A DNA stretch of 32,000 nucleotides from Vibrio vulnificus CMCP6. GTDB taxonomy: Bacteria; Pseudomonadota; Gammaproteobacteria; Enterobacterales; Vibrionaceae. Below, in pieces: positions 19,919 to 28,989 of this stretch. Both the position numbers and the translations under genes were made by a program. Every line of letters starts with the position of its first letter. Within the stretch, counting starts at the first letter, position 1. The notes beneath the pieces were generated by a model. It saw only the letters and a program-made list of their open reading frames with translations. It made no database searches and was not told the origin of the DNA. The DNA lies in contig NC_004459.3 of the NCBI RefSeq assembly GCF_000039765.1, positions 2,811,127-2,843,126 of the forward strand. Direction: 5' to 3'.

Positions 19919-20984
19919 TATTGAGTACTCCACGGCGAATTTGATCTTCTTCTATCGATTCGAATAGCGCTTTGAAGTTACCTTCGCCAAAACCTTCATT
20001 GCCTTTACGCTGAATGATTTCAAAGAAGACAGGCCCGATAACCGTCTGAGTAAAGATCTGTAGCAAAATGCCATCTTTTAGCGGTGCACCATCGATCAGG
20101 ATGCGTAAATCACGCAATCGAGACACATCTTCTTTGTGCCCTTCAACACGGCTATCTACTTTGTCGTAATAGGTATCCGGCGTGGGCATAAAGTCCATAC
20201 CTCGGTCGCGCAGCGTTTGAACCGTTTGGTAGATGTCGTCCGTGGTGAGCGCGATGTGTTGAATGCCTTCACCATTGTACTCACGAATGAACTCTTCGAT
20301 TTGTGACTTATCGTCCGAAGATTCATTGATTGGGATACGAATTTTGCCACATGGTGCGGTCATCGCTCGGCTCACCAGACCGGTGAGTTTCCCTTCAATA
20401 TCGAAATAACGAATTTCACGGAAATTACCAATACGCTCATAGAATCCCGCCCAAGTATCCATGTTGCCGCGTTTTACGTTGTGGGTAAGGTGGTCAATTT
20501 CATATAGGCCAACATCCGACTTCGCTAGGCGCTGAGCGGCGTCATCATAAAAACGAAAATCGACATCGTAGATACTCTGCTTACCATAGCGATCGACAAA
20601 ATAGAGCAAGCTGCCACCAATGCCATACACAGCAGGGATACTCAGCTCCATCGGCCCGATTTCTGTTTTGTATTCTTCTGCGCCATTGGTTAATGCGTGC
20701 TTAAGTGCTGACGCAGCATCCTGCACTCGAAATGCCATCCCACATACTGAAGGTCCATGAACTTTTGCAAACTCCTCAGCCTGACTGTGCGGCTGAGCAT
20801 TAACGACAAAGTTGATATCGCCCTGGCGATATAGCCAAGCTTCTTTCGAGCGATGCTTGGCGACTTCTGCAAAGCCCAGCGAGGAAAACAAATGCTTAAG
20901 CTGCTCGATACCTGTGTTATCTGCGGCGGTGTATTCGACAAACTCAAATCCGTCTGTGCCCAGTGGGTTGATTGCATCCACCAT
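19911..20984 (-). CDS. hppD: 4-hydroxyphenylpyruvate dioxygenase
   Basis: 'GIQHIALTTDDIYQTVQTLRDRGMDFMPTPDTYYD', 'ILLQIFTQTVIGPVFFEIIQRKGNEGFGEGNFKALFESIEEDQIRRGVL'. Confidence 0.95.
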   Translation of the reverse strand: MVDAINPLGTDGFEFVEYTAADNTGIEQLKHLFSSLGFAEVAKHRSKEAWLYRQGDINFVVNAQPHSQAEEFAKVHGPSVCGMAFRVQDAASALKHALTNGAEEYKTEIGPMELSIPAVYGIGGSLLYFVDRYGKQSIYDVDFRFYDDAAQRLAKSDVGLYEIDHLTHNVKRGNMDTWAGFYERIGNFREIRYFDIEGKLTGLVSRAMTAPCGKIRIPINESSDDKSQIEEFIREYNGEGIQHIALTTDDIYQTVQTLRDRGMDFMPTPDTYYDKVDSRVEGHKEDVSRLRDLRILIDGAPLKDGILLQIFTQTVIGPVFFEIIQRKGNEGFGEGNFKALFESIEEDQIRRGVLNNA

Positions 20985-21102
20985 GACTTTCTCCTTTTAG
21001 ACTGCTTTTTATTTTGGTTAACACTTTGTTAACTTGAACCAGAGTCAGAAGAATTGGAATAGCGCCTGTCTACTCAAGAAAAACTCATTCCCCCCGCAAA
21101 AA

Positions 21103-21120
21103 TGTAAAGCATTTGTTACA
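21103..21120. promoter_or_regulatory. putative TyrR box upstream of the hppD-hmgA-fah-maiA operon
   Basis: TGTAAA-GCATTT-GTTACA, one mismatch from the TyrR consensus TGTAAA-N6-TTTACA; about 120-135 bp upstream of the hppD start. Confidence 0.55.
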
Positions 21121-21394
21121 CCACAAACCAATAACCATAATTTGACACAAAAGCGTCCCATTCCCTCTTCGATTACCCCTTTGCGTTGTACGAGCCAATT
21201 TACACACCAATCGCAAATGTAAATTTTATGTTAACCAATGACTGGTGGTTATTTTTTCGCTGTTTAAAACGTCATTATTGTGTCAGTCAGTCCGTTTATT
21301 TGATTCAACGCAGTTTTATTGTCTGCCAACTATGCACAATGGAGCATTCTGTTCCTACACGGGCGCTGCCCACAGCAAAAGAGAGATCAGCCGA

Positions 21395-22501
21395 ATGATT
21401 CCAGTAAACCAAGAACGTCTTATCGAGCATTTTTGTCAGTTAGTGCGTATCGACAGTGAGTCGATGAATGAAAAAGCGATTGCCGAAGCGCTGGCTGAAC
21501 AGTTGGGCGACATGGGTTTTACCGTGCACAAACTGCCTGTGCCAGAGCACATCTCCAATGGCTTTAACGTCTATGCACGCCTAGAGGGTGAGCTTGAAGG
21601 TTCCATCTTGTTAAGCTGTCACATGGATACCGTGGCGCCGGGCAATGGCATTGAGCCTGTGATTGAAGATGGCATTATCCGTTCAAAAGGAAACACCATT
21701 CTTGGTGGTGATGACAAATCAGGCATCGCCGCCATTATGGAAGCGGTCCGTCTGTTGAAAGAGCAGAATCAACAGCACAAAACCATTGAGCTTGCCTTTA
21801 CTGTGCATGAAGAAGGCGGGCTGTTTGGTTCCGAATATTTTGATATGAGCTACGTCACTGCTCAGCAAGCGATTGTACTGGATACCGGTGGCCCAATTGG
21901 CTCTATTGTCACGGCGGCACCTGGCCAACAGAAAATCGTCGCCACGATTAAAGGCCGCCCTGCCCACGCAGGTTTGGCACCAGAAGAAGGCATCAGTGCC
22001 ATTATGGTTGCCGCCGATGCCATCAATCAAATGAAGTTGTTGCGTATTGACGCGGAAACGACCGCCAACATTGGCACGGTTCACGGCGGTCAGGCAACAA
22101 ACATCGTCATGCCAGAGTTGAAAATTGTCGCGGAAGCTCGCTCACTCAATGCAGAAAAGCTCGATGCGCAAGTCGAGCACATGATCACGACTTTTGAGCG
22201 TGTCGCCGAAAAACATGGTGCGGAAGTGGAGATTGAGTCCAGCCGTGCTTACAACGCGTTTGTGCTTAGCGATGACCATCCTCACGTCGTGGAAATTAAG
22301 CAAGCTTTTGCGGACATTGGTGTAGACGCCATAACCAAAGGCACTGGAGGCGGTAGTGATGCTAATAACTTCAATGCCAAGGGTTTAACGACGGTCAATC
22401 TGTCAACCGGCATGTCAAAAGTACACACCACGGAAGAGTTCATTGCCATTGCGGACATGGTCAAAATCACCGAGTTTTTGACTCACTACTTAGCCAAGTA
22501 A
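21395..22501 (+). CDS. M20 family peptidase, PepT-like (tripeptidase)
   Basis: Start MIPVNQERLIEHFCQLVRIDSES; metal-site motifs 'LSCHMDTV', 'LGGDDKSGIAAIMEAV', 'TVHEEGGLFGSEYF', 'VLDTGG', 'GGGSDANNFNAKG'. Confidence 0.88.
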   Translation: MIPVNQERLIEHFCQLVRIDSESMNEKAIAEALAEQLGDMGFTVHKLPVPEHISNGFNVYARLEGELEGSILLSCHMDTVAPGNGIEPVIEDGIIRSKGNTILGGDDKSGIAAIMEAVRLLKEQNQQHKTIELAFTVHEEGGLFGSEYFDMSYVTAQQAIVLDTGGPIGSIVTAAPGQQKIVATIKGRPAHAGLAPEEGISAIMVAADAINQMKLLRIDAETTANIGTVHGGQATNIVMPELKIVAEARSLNAEKLDAQVEHMITTFERVAEKHGAEVEIESSRAYNAFVLSDDHPHVVEIKQAFADIGVDAITKGTGGGSDANNFNAKGLTTVNLSTGMSKVHTTEEFIAIADMVKITEFLTHYLAK

Positions 22502-22510
22502 TCTCTTTGA

Positions 22511-22535
22511 CGCACTGGCCCTGCCAGTGCGTTTT
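22511..22535 (+). terminator. terminator after the PepT-like gene
   Basis: CGCACTGGC-cct-GCCAGTGCG followed by TTTT. Confidence 0.75.
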
Positions 22536-22731
22536 CTCTGTTGTTTGTTTCCTCTCCTATTTTTTCTCTCGGACCCAAGTTCTGATCACCCATTGCGTTG
22601 AAAGTTTTTTAGATCTCGCAAAGCCATGAAACGAGAGCTTATCTTTCATATATTTATCGATAATCATCACATTTAGTTGCTATTCAAATGATTACTATGC
22701 ATTTGGTTTTAATTAATAACGTGATAATCAA

Positions 22732-24636
22732 ATGAAAAAGACCCTGTTAACCAGTGCAATAGCGCTCTCCCTGACTTTTCCAGCCCTCGCCGCGAATGGC
22801 GATATCCATAACGTTACTATTCTCGGCACATCCGATCTTCACGGCCATTTTATGCCTTGGGACTACGCTGCGGACAAACTCAATATGAGCGGCAGCCTGA
22901 GCCAAATCGCCACCAAAGTAAAAGCGATTCGCCAAGAACAAAATAACGTCATCTTGGTCGATGCAGGTGACACCATTCAAGGCAACTTTGTCGAAACGTT
23001 TAAAGAAGAGCCGATCGATCCAATGATGCTCGGCTTCAATGAGATGAACTATGACGTTTGGGTATTAGGCAATCATGAGTTTGATTTTGGCTTGAACGTG
23101 CTTAATCGCTCTCTCACCCAATTCAAAGGCACCTCTCTGGCAGGTAACATTCAACGCCCTGATGGCAACCCTTTTTTGCCGGGTTACACCATCATTGAGC
23201 GTGGTGGGATAAAAATCGGCGTGATCGGAATGGACACCCCCATGACGCAAGTCTTCGCTGAAGGAACCAATCGCCTTGAAGGGATGACCTTCACCAACCC
23301 GACGCTGGAAGTGAAAAAAATCGTCAAGCAGATTGAGGGCAAAGTCGATGCGATTGTACTAGTTGCCCACATGGGCCTCGACAATGAAAATGACATCGCA
23401 GACACCGGTGTCACCGACATTGCCAACGGCAACCCTGAGCTCGATGCCATTGTGGCCGGCCACATGCATACGCGCATTGATAAAGCCGTGGTCAATGGCG
23501 TCATCATCACCGAGCCCGACAAATATGGCCGTGCGCTGTCACGCATTGACTTGCAGTTTGAAGAACAAAATGGCCAGTTCACCTTGATCAACAAAGACAG
23601 CTACACCTACAAGATCAAAGGCGTCGATTCGGATGACAAGATGGAATCGCTCTACGAACCGTATCACAAGCGTCTGCGTGAAATGGCCAACCGCGAAGTG
23701 GCGCAGCTTACTGGCGTGAATTTAGTACCAGAAAACGACATTCGTGGTATCCCGCAAGTGCATGTTCAAGACTCAGGGATCAGTGCACTTTTCCAAGAAG
23801 CGAGTTTTTTCTACGCACCTCAAGCCAACGTCATTGCACTGCAAATTGACAATGACAACGCCAAGTTGGACGTAGGCCCAATCAAAGCTAAAGACATCGC
23901 ATACAACTACCAATATGCGGGTGGCGAGATCACGGTTTATCAAATGACGGGCAAAGAGTTGAAGCAGTACATGGAGTGGTCTGCTGGTTACTTCAATTCT
24001 GTGCAAGCGGGGGATGTGACATACAGCTTTAATCCTGAAAGACGCGCCTCAAAGTACTCAACCAACGACTTCTTCGCGGGCGTCACCTACACCATCGACT
24101 TAACTCAGCAAGCAGGCCAACGCATTACTGATCTCAAGTTTGCCGATGGTAAACCCGTGTTAGACGACAGCGAGATTCGCCTCGGCATGAATAGCTACCG
24201 TATGGGCCATTTGACCAAAAAAGGCGGCGTATTAGAGGGCCAAACCTTCCCTGTTCTGTTTGATACCGAAGCAAAATACGGTGAAGAACAAGGCACCATC
24301 CGAAATCTCACCATTCGCTACCTCACCGAGCAGAAACAGGGACAATACGTCGGCCAACCGATGCAACGTTGGAAACTCTCTGGTTTGCAGGGGTTTGAGA
24401 AAGAAGGGGCGATCGTCAAACAGTTGATCAACGAAGGCAAAATCGATGTACCTGCCAGTGAAGATGGTCGCTACACCAACATAGCTTCAATAAATGTCAA
24501 AGCACTGGTGTTCACCAATCCACAGGCTAAAAACGAAGCCATTACTTCTCGCCTTGCTAAAATTGAGGAAGCGAATCCTACGGAGAAACAACATCTTAAG
24601 CGCGAGTTGATCCTCATCGAAGCACTGAACCCATAA
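22732..24636 (+). CDS. periplasmic bifunctional metallophosphatase/5'-nucleotidase
   Basis: Signal peptide MKKTLLTSAIALSLTFPALAA; motifs 'TSDLHGHF', 'LVDAGDTIQG', 'WVLGNHEFDFG', 'AHMG', 'DAIVAGHMHT'; C-terminal 5'-nucleotidase domain. Confidence 0.9.
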   Translation: MKKTLLTSAIALSLTFPALAANGDIHNVTILGTSDLHGHFMPWDYAADKLNMSGSLSQIATKVKAIRQEQNNVILVDAGDTIQGNFVETFKEEPIDPMMLGFNEMNYDVWVLGNHEFDFGLNVLNRSLTQFKGTSLAGNIQRPDGNPFLPGYTIIERGGIKIGVIGMDTPMTQVFAEGTNRLEGMTFTNPTLEVKKIVKQIEGKVDAIVLVAHMGLDNENDIADTGVTDIANGNPELDAIVAGHMHTRIDKAVVNGVIITEPDKYGRALSRIDLQFEEQNGQFTLINKDSYTYKIKGVDSDDKMESLYEPYHKRLREMANREVAQLTGVNLVPENDIRGIPQVHVQDSGISALFQEASFFYAPQANVIALQIDNDNAKLDVGPIKAKDIAYNYQYAGGEITVYQMTGKELKQYMEWSAGYFNSVQAGDVTYSFNPERRASKYSTNDFFAGVTYTIDLTQQAGQRITDLKFADGKPVLDDSEIRLGMNSYRMGHLTKKGGVLEGQTFPVLFDTEAKYGEEQGTIRNLTIRYLTEQKQGQYVGQPMQRWKLSGLQGFEKEGAIVKQLINEGKIDVPASEDGRYTNIASINVKALVFTNPQAKNEAITSRLAKIEEANPTEKQHLKRELILIEALNP

Positions 24637-24654
24637 ACCACATCTGTGCACCTC

Positions 24655-24685
24655 TTGGTAGGTGCACATTTTTTCTCTCGCAAAA
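24655..24685 (+). terminator. terminator after the metallophosphatase gene
   Basis: TGTGCACC-tcttggta-GGTGCACA followed by a T run. Confidence 0.75.
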
Positions 24686-24753
24686 TTGTCACAATAAAAT
24701 TCCCTTCCGCGCGCTTTTGCCTGTCGACATCACAAAAAAAATAGGATAGGTTT

Positions 24754-24769
24754 AGATGTATAGACGTCT
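24754..24769. promoter_or_regulatory. tandem MetJ (met) boxes upstream of metA
   Basis: AGATGTAT directly followed by AGACGTCT; the 8-mer consensus is AGACGTCT. About 30 bp upstream of the metA start. Confidence 0.8.
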
Positions 24770-24796
24770 AAAAGAGATTAGCTTAGGGAGAAAGCT

Positions 24797-25738
24797 GTGC
24801 CTATTCGTATTCCAGATCAATTACCAGCCGCCGATGTTTTGCGTACTGAAAACATCTTCGTAATGAGTGAAACCCGTGCAGCAAGCCAAGAAATACGCCC
24901 ACTAAGAGTGCTGATTCTCAATTTGATGCCGAAAAAAATAGAGACAGAAACTCAGTTTTTACGCCTGCTTTCCAACAGCCCACTTCAGGTTAACGTTGAG
25001 TTACTGCGCATTGACGATCGCCCGAGCAAAAATACCCCAACCGAACATCTCGATAATTTTTATCGTCAGTTTGAGATGGTGAAAAACCGTAACTTCGACG
25101 GCCTGATCATCACTGGCGCGCCGCTTGGTTTGGTGCAGTTTGAAGATGTCATTTACTGGGATCACCTCAAAACCATTATGGAATGGGCCAAATCCCATGT
25201 GACTTCCACCCTCTATGTTTGTTGGGCAGCACAAGCTGGGCTCAAACTGCTCTACGACTTGCCGAAGAAAACGCGTAAAGAGAAGCTCTCTGGCGTGTAT
25301 CACCACCGTATTCACAAACCTTACCATCCGGTTTTGCGTGGTTTTGATGATTCTTTCTTGGCGCCCCATTCTCGCTACGCCGATTTTTCGCCAGAGTATC
25401 TCGCAGAACACACCGATTTGGATATTCTCGCCACGTCTGACGATGCAGGCGTGTACCTAGCCACCACCAAAGATAAGCGCAACGTCTTTGTTACTGGCCA
25501 TCCTGAATATGACCCGCACACGCTGCACAATGAATACATTCGCGATTTGGGTGAAGGCATGGAACCGGCGATTCCGGTTAACTACTACCCCAACGACAAC
25601 CCAGATAATCCGCCAATTGCAAGCTGGCGTAGCCACGGCCACCTGCTTTTCTCGAACTGGTTGAACTACTGCGTCTACCAACAAACGCCTTACGATCTCG
25701 ATCATTTCAGCGAAGAAGCGTTTACCAAGGACGAATAG
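24797..25738 (+). CDS. metA: homoserine O-succinyltransferase
   Basis: '[65 protein letters not shown]', '[12 protein letters not shown]', 'VTGHPEYD'. Confidence 0.97.
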   Translation: MPIRIPDQLPAADVLRTENIFVMSETRAASQEIRPLRVLILNLMPKKIETETQFLRLLSNSPLQVNVELLRIDDRPSKNTPTEHLDNFYRQFEMVKNRNFDGLIITGAPLGLVQFEDVIYWDHLKTIMEWAKSHVTSTLYVCWAAQAGLKLLYDLPKKTRKEKLSGVYHHRIHKPYHPVLRGFDDSFLAPHSRYADFSPEYLAEHTDLDILATSDDAGVYLATTKDKRNVFVTGHPEYDPHTLHNEYIRDLGEGMEPAIPVNYYPNDNPDNPPIASWRSHGHLLFSNWLNYCVYQQTPYDLDHFSEEAFTKDE

Positions 25739-25765
25739 CGCCACACGAAATCAAACCGTTCTTTT

Positions 25766-25796
25766 ACAACAGGCCGCCTTTCACGTGGCCTGTTGT
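25766..25796 (+). terminator. terminator-like hairpin after metA
   Basis: ACAACAGGCC-gcctttcacgt-GGCCTGTTGT, followed by a weak T-rich tract. Confidence 0.65.
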
Positions 25797-25912
25797 CGTT
25801 TATGCCAGACTCTCGTTTATGCAAAGTGACTCGCATTGTCGATGTCGATTGGTAGGCAATAGACCCCAAGGATTTATCATCTCTTCAGGCCACATTAAAA
25901 AGAACGAAAACG

Positions 25913-26647
25913 ATGAAAAAACAAACTCTTCTTTTGCCGCAATTGGTAGCACTTACCCTTTTGACTGGGTGTGTCACAGTCACTGAAGGCCAAGCACAAA
26001 AAGATCCGGACCCAATTGGCATGGCAGAATCTCGCATTGCCTTGGGGCTTGGCTATCTAGAAAATGGCGCGATGATCAAAGCCCATGACAACTTACAACA
26101 AGCCCTGACTCACGCTCCTGATTATTACCGAGCGCAACTTTCCATGGCCCACTACTACGAGCGCGTTGGTGAAAACGGCAAGGCCGAGGATATTTATCAA
26201 AAATCGGCTCGTCAGCACCCAAAAAACGGCAACGTATTGAACAACTACGGCACGTTTTTATGTAAAAAGGGCGAGTATGACAAAGCGGATCGTTTGTTTA
26301 ATCGTGCCATCGAGCAGCCTTACTACTACTTGATTCCTGCCAGTTATGAAAACGCCGCGTTTTGCGCTCTGAAGGCGGGCGACAATGTAAAAGCGCAAAC
26401 CTATTTTACTCGTGCGATTGACTACGACCCACACCGTCCCAAATCGGTGCTCAACCTCGCTAAGTTGGAAATCGATACCGGTAACTACACCCAAGCGCGC
26501 CTGCGTTTGATGCGCTTCCACCAAAGCTATGGGCTGCAAATCCCCTCGCTTAAACTGATGATCGATTTAGAAGACAAAGCAGGCAATGTGGCGCTGGTGA
26601 AGAAGTATCAGAGTGAGTTGGACAAATTGACGGCCCGCCAAGGCTAG
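25913..26647 (+). CDS. TPR-repeat lipoprotein, type IV pilus biogenesis PilF/PilW-like
   Basis: Lipobox 'LTLLTGC'; TPR repeats 'ARIALGLGYLENGAMIKAHDNLQQAL', 'VLNNYGTFLCKKGEYDKADRLFNRAIEQPYY'. Confidence 0.78.
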   Translation: MKKQTLLLPQLVALTLLTGCVTVTEGQAQKDPDPIGMAESRIALGLGYLENGAMIKAHDNLQQALTHAPDYYRAQLSMAHYYERVGENGKAEDIYQKSARQHPKNGNVLNNYGTFLCKKGEYDKADRLFNRAIEQPYYYLIPASYENAAFCALKAGDNVKAQTYFTRAIDYDPHRPKSVLNLAKLEIDTGNYTQARLRLMRFHQSYGLQIPSLKLMIDLEDKAGNVALVKKYQSELDKLTARQG

Positions 26648-26685
26648 CGATTGCTGGTGGATGAATTCAAAAGACGCGACTAACA

Positions 26686-26718
26686 AAAAACCTCTGCCCA
26701 AAAAGCAGAGGTTTTTTA
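26686..26718. terminator. bidirectional terminator between the TPR lipoprotein gene and the convergent 71-aa ORF
   Basis: AAAAAACCTCTGC-ccaaaaa-GCAGAGGTTTTTT: near-symmetric with A and T tracts on each side. Confidence 0.85.
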
Positions 26719-26739
26719 TGGTTTTACCGCCCACATGAC

Positions 26740-26955
26740 TCAACGTCTTGAGGTTGAGTTGCGGATTTTGTAGCGATCTTTTCGGTGCGTATTGCGTAAC
26801 TTACGCACCTTCGTTTTTCTCTTAATCGTCAGATATTCACGGTAAATAATCCGAATAAACGCAATTAAGCCAATGATGAGCAGAATGGTAAAAACGCTCA
26901 GGAAGCTTTCACACAGCCAATCTGGCTGACAGGGTAGATAAATTTCAAAATCCAT
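26740..26955 (-). CDS. small hypothetical membrane protein (71 aa, one TM segment, basic C-terminal tail)
   Basis: MDFEIYLPCQPDWLCESFLSVFTILLIIGLIAFIRIIYREYLTIKRKTKVRKLRNTHRKDRYKIRNSTSRR; intergenic, followed by a bidirectional terminator. Confidence 0.55.
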   Translation of the reverse strand: MDFEIYLPCQPDWLCESFLSVFTILLIIGLIAFIRIIYREYLTIKRKTKVRKLRNTHRKDRYKIRNSTSRR

Positions 26956-27011
26956 CGCATGCCCTCCTATTACGCAACCTATTCGTTTTTAACTCGGGAT
27001 GATTGTCTCCA

Positions 27012-28106
27012 TCACCCTCGCAGTTTGATCCACTCTCCTCTTTGTTGTTTGTCCATAAATGACCAAGCAACAAAGCGACTGACCTTTTGTCCTTGGCTCA
27101 TTTCGACGACACGAATACTGCGTACACCTAATTTTTCCAACTGTTTACGTAGAGGTCTTACGTTGTCTTTCTTCGAAACGAGCGTACTGAACCACAAAAC
27201 CTGATGGGCAAAACGCTCACTTTCGTTCGCCATGCGCTTCAAGAAGGAGGATTCTCCACCTTGACACCACAACTCAGAATTTTGACCTCCGAAGTTAAGT
27301 ATAGGTTTGTTTTTCGAGATTTTTTGTGAACCAGCTTTTGCTGTTACACCTTTTTTCAAACGGTTGGCGGCGAGGTTGTCTAATTTTCGTTGCGTGCCAA
27401 ACGCCGCTTCCTGTGCCGAAGCGTGAAATGGCGGGTTGCATGTCGTCACATGAAAGTAGTCTGTGGGGCCAATAATGCCTTGGAAAATATGCTGTGACTG
27501 GTCTTGCAATTTGAGCTCAAGCTGCCCCTGCAGCACAGGGTTAGAGTCAGCAATGCGCTGCGCTGACTCAATCGATTTAGGGTCAACGTCACTACCCGTG
27601 TAGCGCCAACGATAGTCACAAATCGCAATAATGGGATAGATGGCGTTTGCACCGACACCGATGTCCAACGCCTGAACTTTCTCATGAGGAAATTTACCTT
27701 TCACCTCTCCTTCCAAGAGCTCCGCTAGACGATGGATATAATCCGCACGCCCGGGGATTGGCGGGCACAAATAGCCTGCTGGGATGTCCCAATTTGCTAC
27801 TTGGTAGTAAGCACTGAGCAGCGCTTTATTGAGCATTTTTACTGCCGTTGAATCTGAAAAAGAAATACTCGCCTCACCTTTAGGATTTTTGATCACAAAA
27901 GGAGCAAGCGATGGCAGCGCCTGCGTTAACTTAGCAAAATCGTAACGCCCTTGATGTTTGTTGCGCGAATGCAGCCCAGCACGCGTCACTTTGACAAAAT
28001 CACAATTCGATTCAGACGCACTGAGATCACGACTCTTTTTCGTGCGCGGTTTTGGGGCTCGTTTCGCAGGCTCTAATGGCTTGGCGGATTTTCGTTTGTT
28101 CGTCAT
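27012..28106 (-). CDS. rlmF: 23S rRNA (adenine(1618)-N(6))-methyltransferase
   Basis: 'NKHQGRYDFAKLTQALPSLAPFVIKNPKGEASISFSDSTAVKMLNKALL', 'ALDIGVGANAIYPIIA', 'CNPPFH'. Start revised to MTNKRKSAKP at 28106. Confidence 0.93.
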   Translation of the reverse strand: MTNKRKSAKPLEPAKRAPKPRTKKSRDLSASESNCDFVKVTRAGLHSRNKHQGRYDFAKLTQALPSLAPFVIKNPKGEASISFSDSTAVKMLNKALLSAYYQVANWDIPAGYLCPPIPGRADYIHRLAELLEGEVKGKFPHEKVQALDIGVGANAIYPIIAICDYRWRYTGSDVDPKSIESAQRIADSNPVLQGQLELKLQDQSQHIFQGIIGPTDYFHVTTCNPPFHASAQEAAFGTQRKLDNLAANRLKKGVTAKAGSQKISKNKPILNFGGQNSELWCQGGESSFLKRMANESERFAHQVLWFSTLVSKKDNVRPLRKQLEKLGVRSIRVVEMSQGQKVSRFVAWSFMDKQQRGEWIKLRG

Positions 28107-28639
28107 TATTTTTTTGCTTCCTGAGCTTTTAAATCGAGGTAAATCATAAACAGACGAGCATCCAGCTCCAGTTGGTGATAATCCGGCTCCATGTAGCAGC
28201 AAAGAGAGTAAAAGGCTTTATCATGCTCTTTCTCTTTAATGTGCGCCAACTCGTGCACAACCAACATGCGCAGCAAAGGCTCCGGCGCGTCTTTAAACAC
28301 ATTGGCAATGCGAATCTCATTTTTCGATTTGAGTTTACCGCCGTGGTTGCGAGAGACGACACTGTGCAAGCCGAGCGCGTTGTTAATCAGATGAATTTTC
28401 CCGTCGTACACCACTTTACTGATGGGGCCCGTTTTCTTCATAAACTGGTTCTTAATCTGCATCGCGTAGTCAAACAACGCTTTTTCACTGCGAATGTCGT
28501 GACGCACAGGGTAGCGTTTATCAAACCAAGGAATTAAACGTTGCGACTCAATCAATTGGGCCACTTGCTGCACGATATGCTGCGGGTAACCCTGAATGTA
28601 GCGAAGTGACGGATGCATCATGGAATCGGACCTGATCAT
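28106..28639 (-). CDS. YgjP-like M48-family metal-dependent hydrolase
   Basis: 'LVVHELAHIKEKEHDKAFYSLCCYMEPDYHQLELDARLF' (HExxH plus downstream Glu). True start is probably one of the Met codons at 28618-28621. Stop overlaps the rlmF start (TAATG). Confidence 0.82.
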   Translation of the reverse strand: MIRSDSMMHPSLRYIQGYPQHIVQQVAQLIESQRLIPWFDKRYPVRHDIRSEKALFDYAMQIKNQFMKKTGPISKVVYDGKIHLINNALGLHSVVSRNHGGKLKSKNEIRIANVFKDAPEPLLRMLVVHELAHIKEKEHDKAFYSLCCYMEPDYHQLELDARLFMIYLDLKAQEAKK

Positions 28640-28752
28640 TTTTCAAAGCGCGCTAGTTTACCTGACTCCGCCCCTTGAATCATCGCTTTTTCTTTTCGTC
28701 CGCAGCGAAATTGGCTACACTTGCGCCCCTTTTCATTACATGGCAAGACAAG

Positions 28753-28983
28753 ATGAAACGTGTCGTCCTCTATATCAAAGACAAATGTCCACATTGCAAA
28801 GATGCGCAGCGCTATCTGGATAGCAAAGGCATTCAATACCGCTTGTGTAATGCCAAGATGCATCGCGGTCGTAAAGAGCTGGACGCGATTGGTGCGCGCT
28901 CTGTGCCTGTACTTAAAATCGGTGACCGTTTGATGATTGGTTGGAACCCAAAGAACTTTGAACGCATGTATGGCGATAAGTGA
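28753..28983 (+). CDS. glutaredoxin-family protein with CPHC active site
   Basis: MKRVVLYIKDKCPHCKDAQRYLDSKGIQYRLCNAKMHRGRKELDAIGARSVPVLKIGDRLMIGWNPKNFERMYGDK; start revised from 28675 to 28753. Confidence 0.85.
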   Translation: MKRVVLYIKDKCPHCKDAQRYLDSKGIQYRLCNAKMHRGRKELDAIGARSVPVLKIGDRLMIGWNPKNFERMYGDK

Positions 28984-28989
28984 TTACAG

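Noticed and set aside
21719-22084. 121-aa minus-strand ORF
   Set aside because: Antisense to the M20 peptidase metal-binding core; no independent support.
23184-23594. 136-aa minus-strand ORF
   Set aside because: Antisense to the metallophosphatase motifs; shadow ORF.
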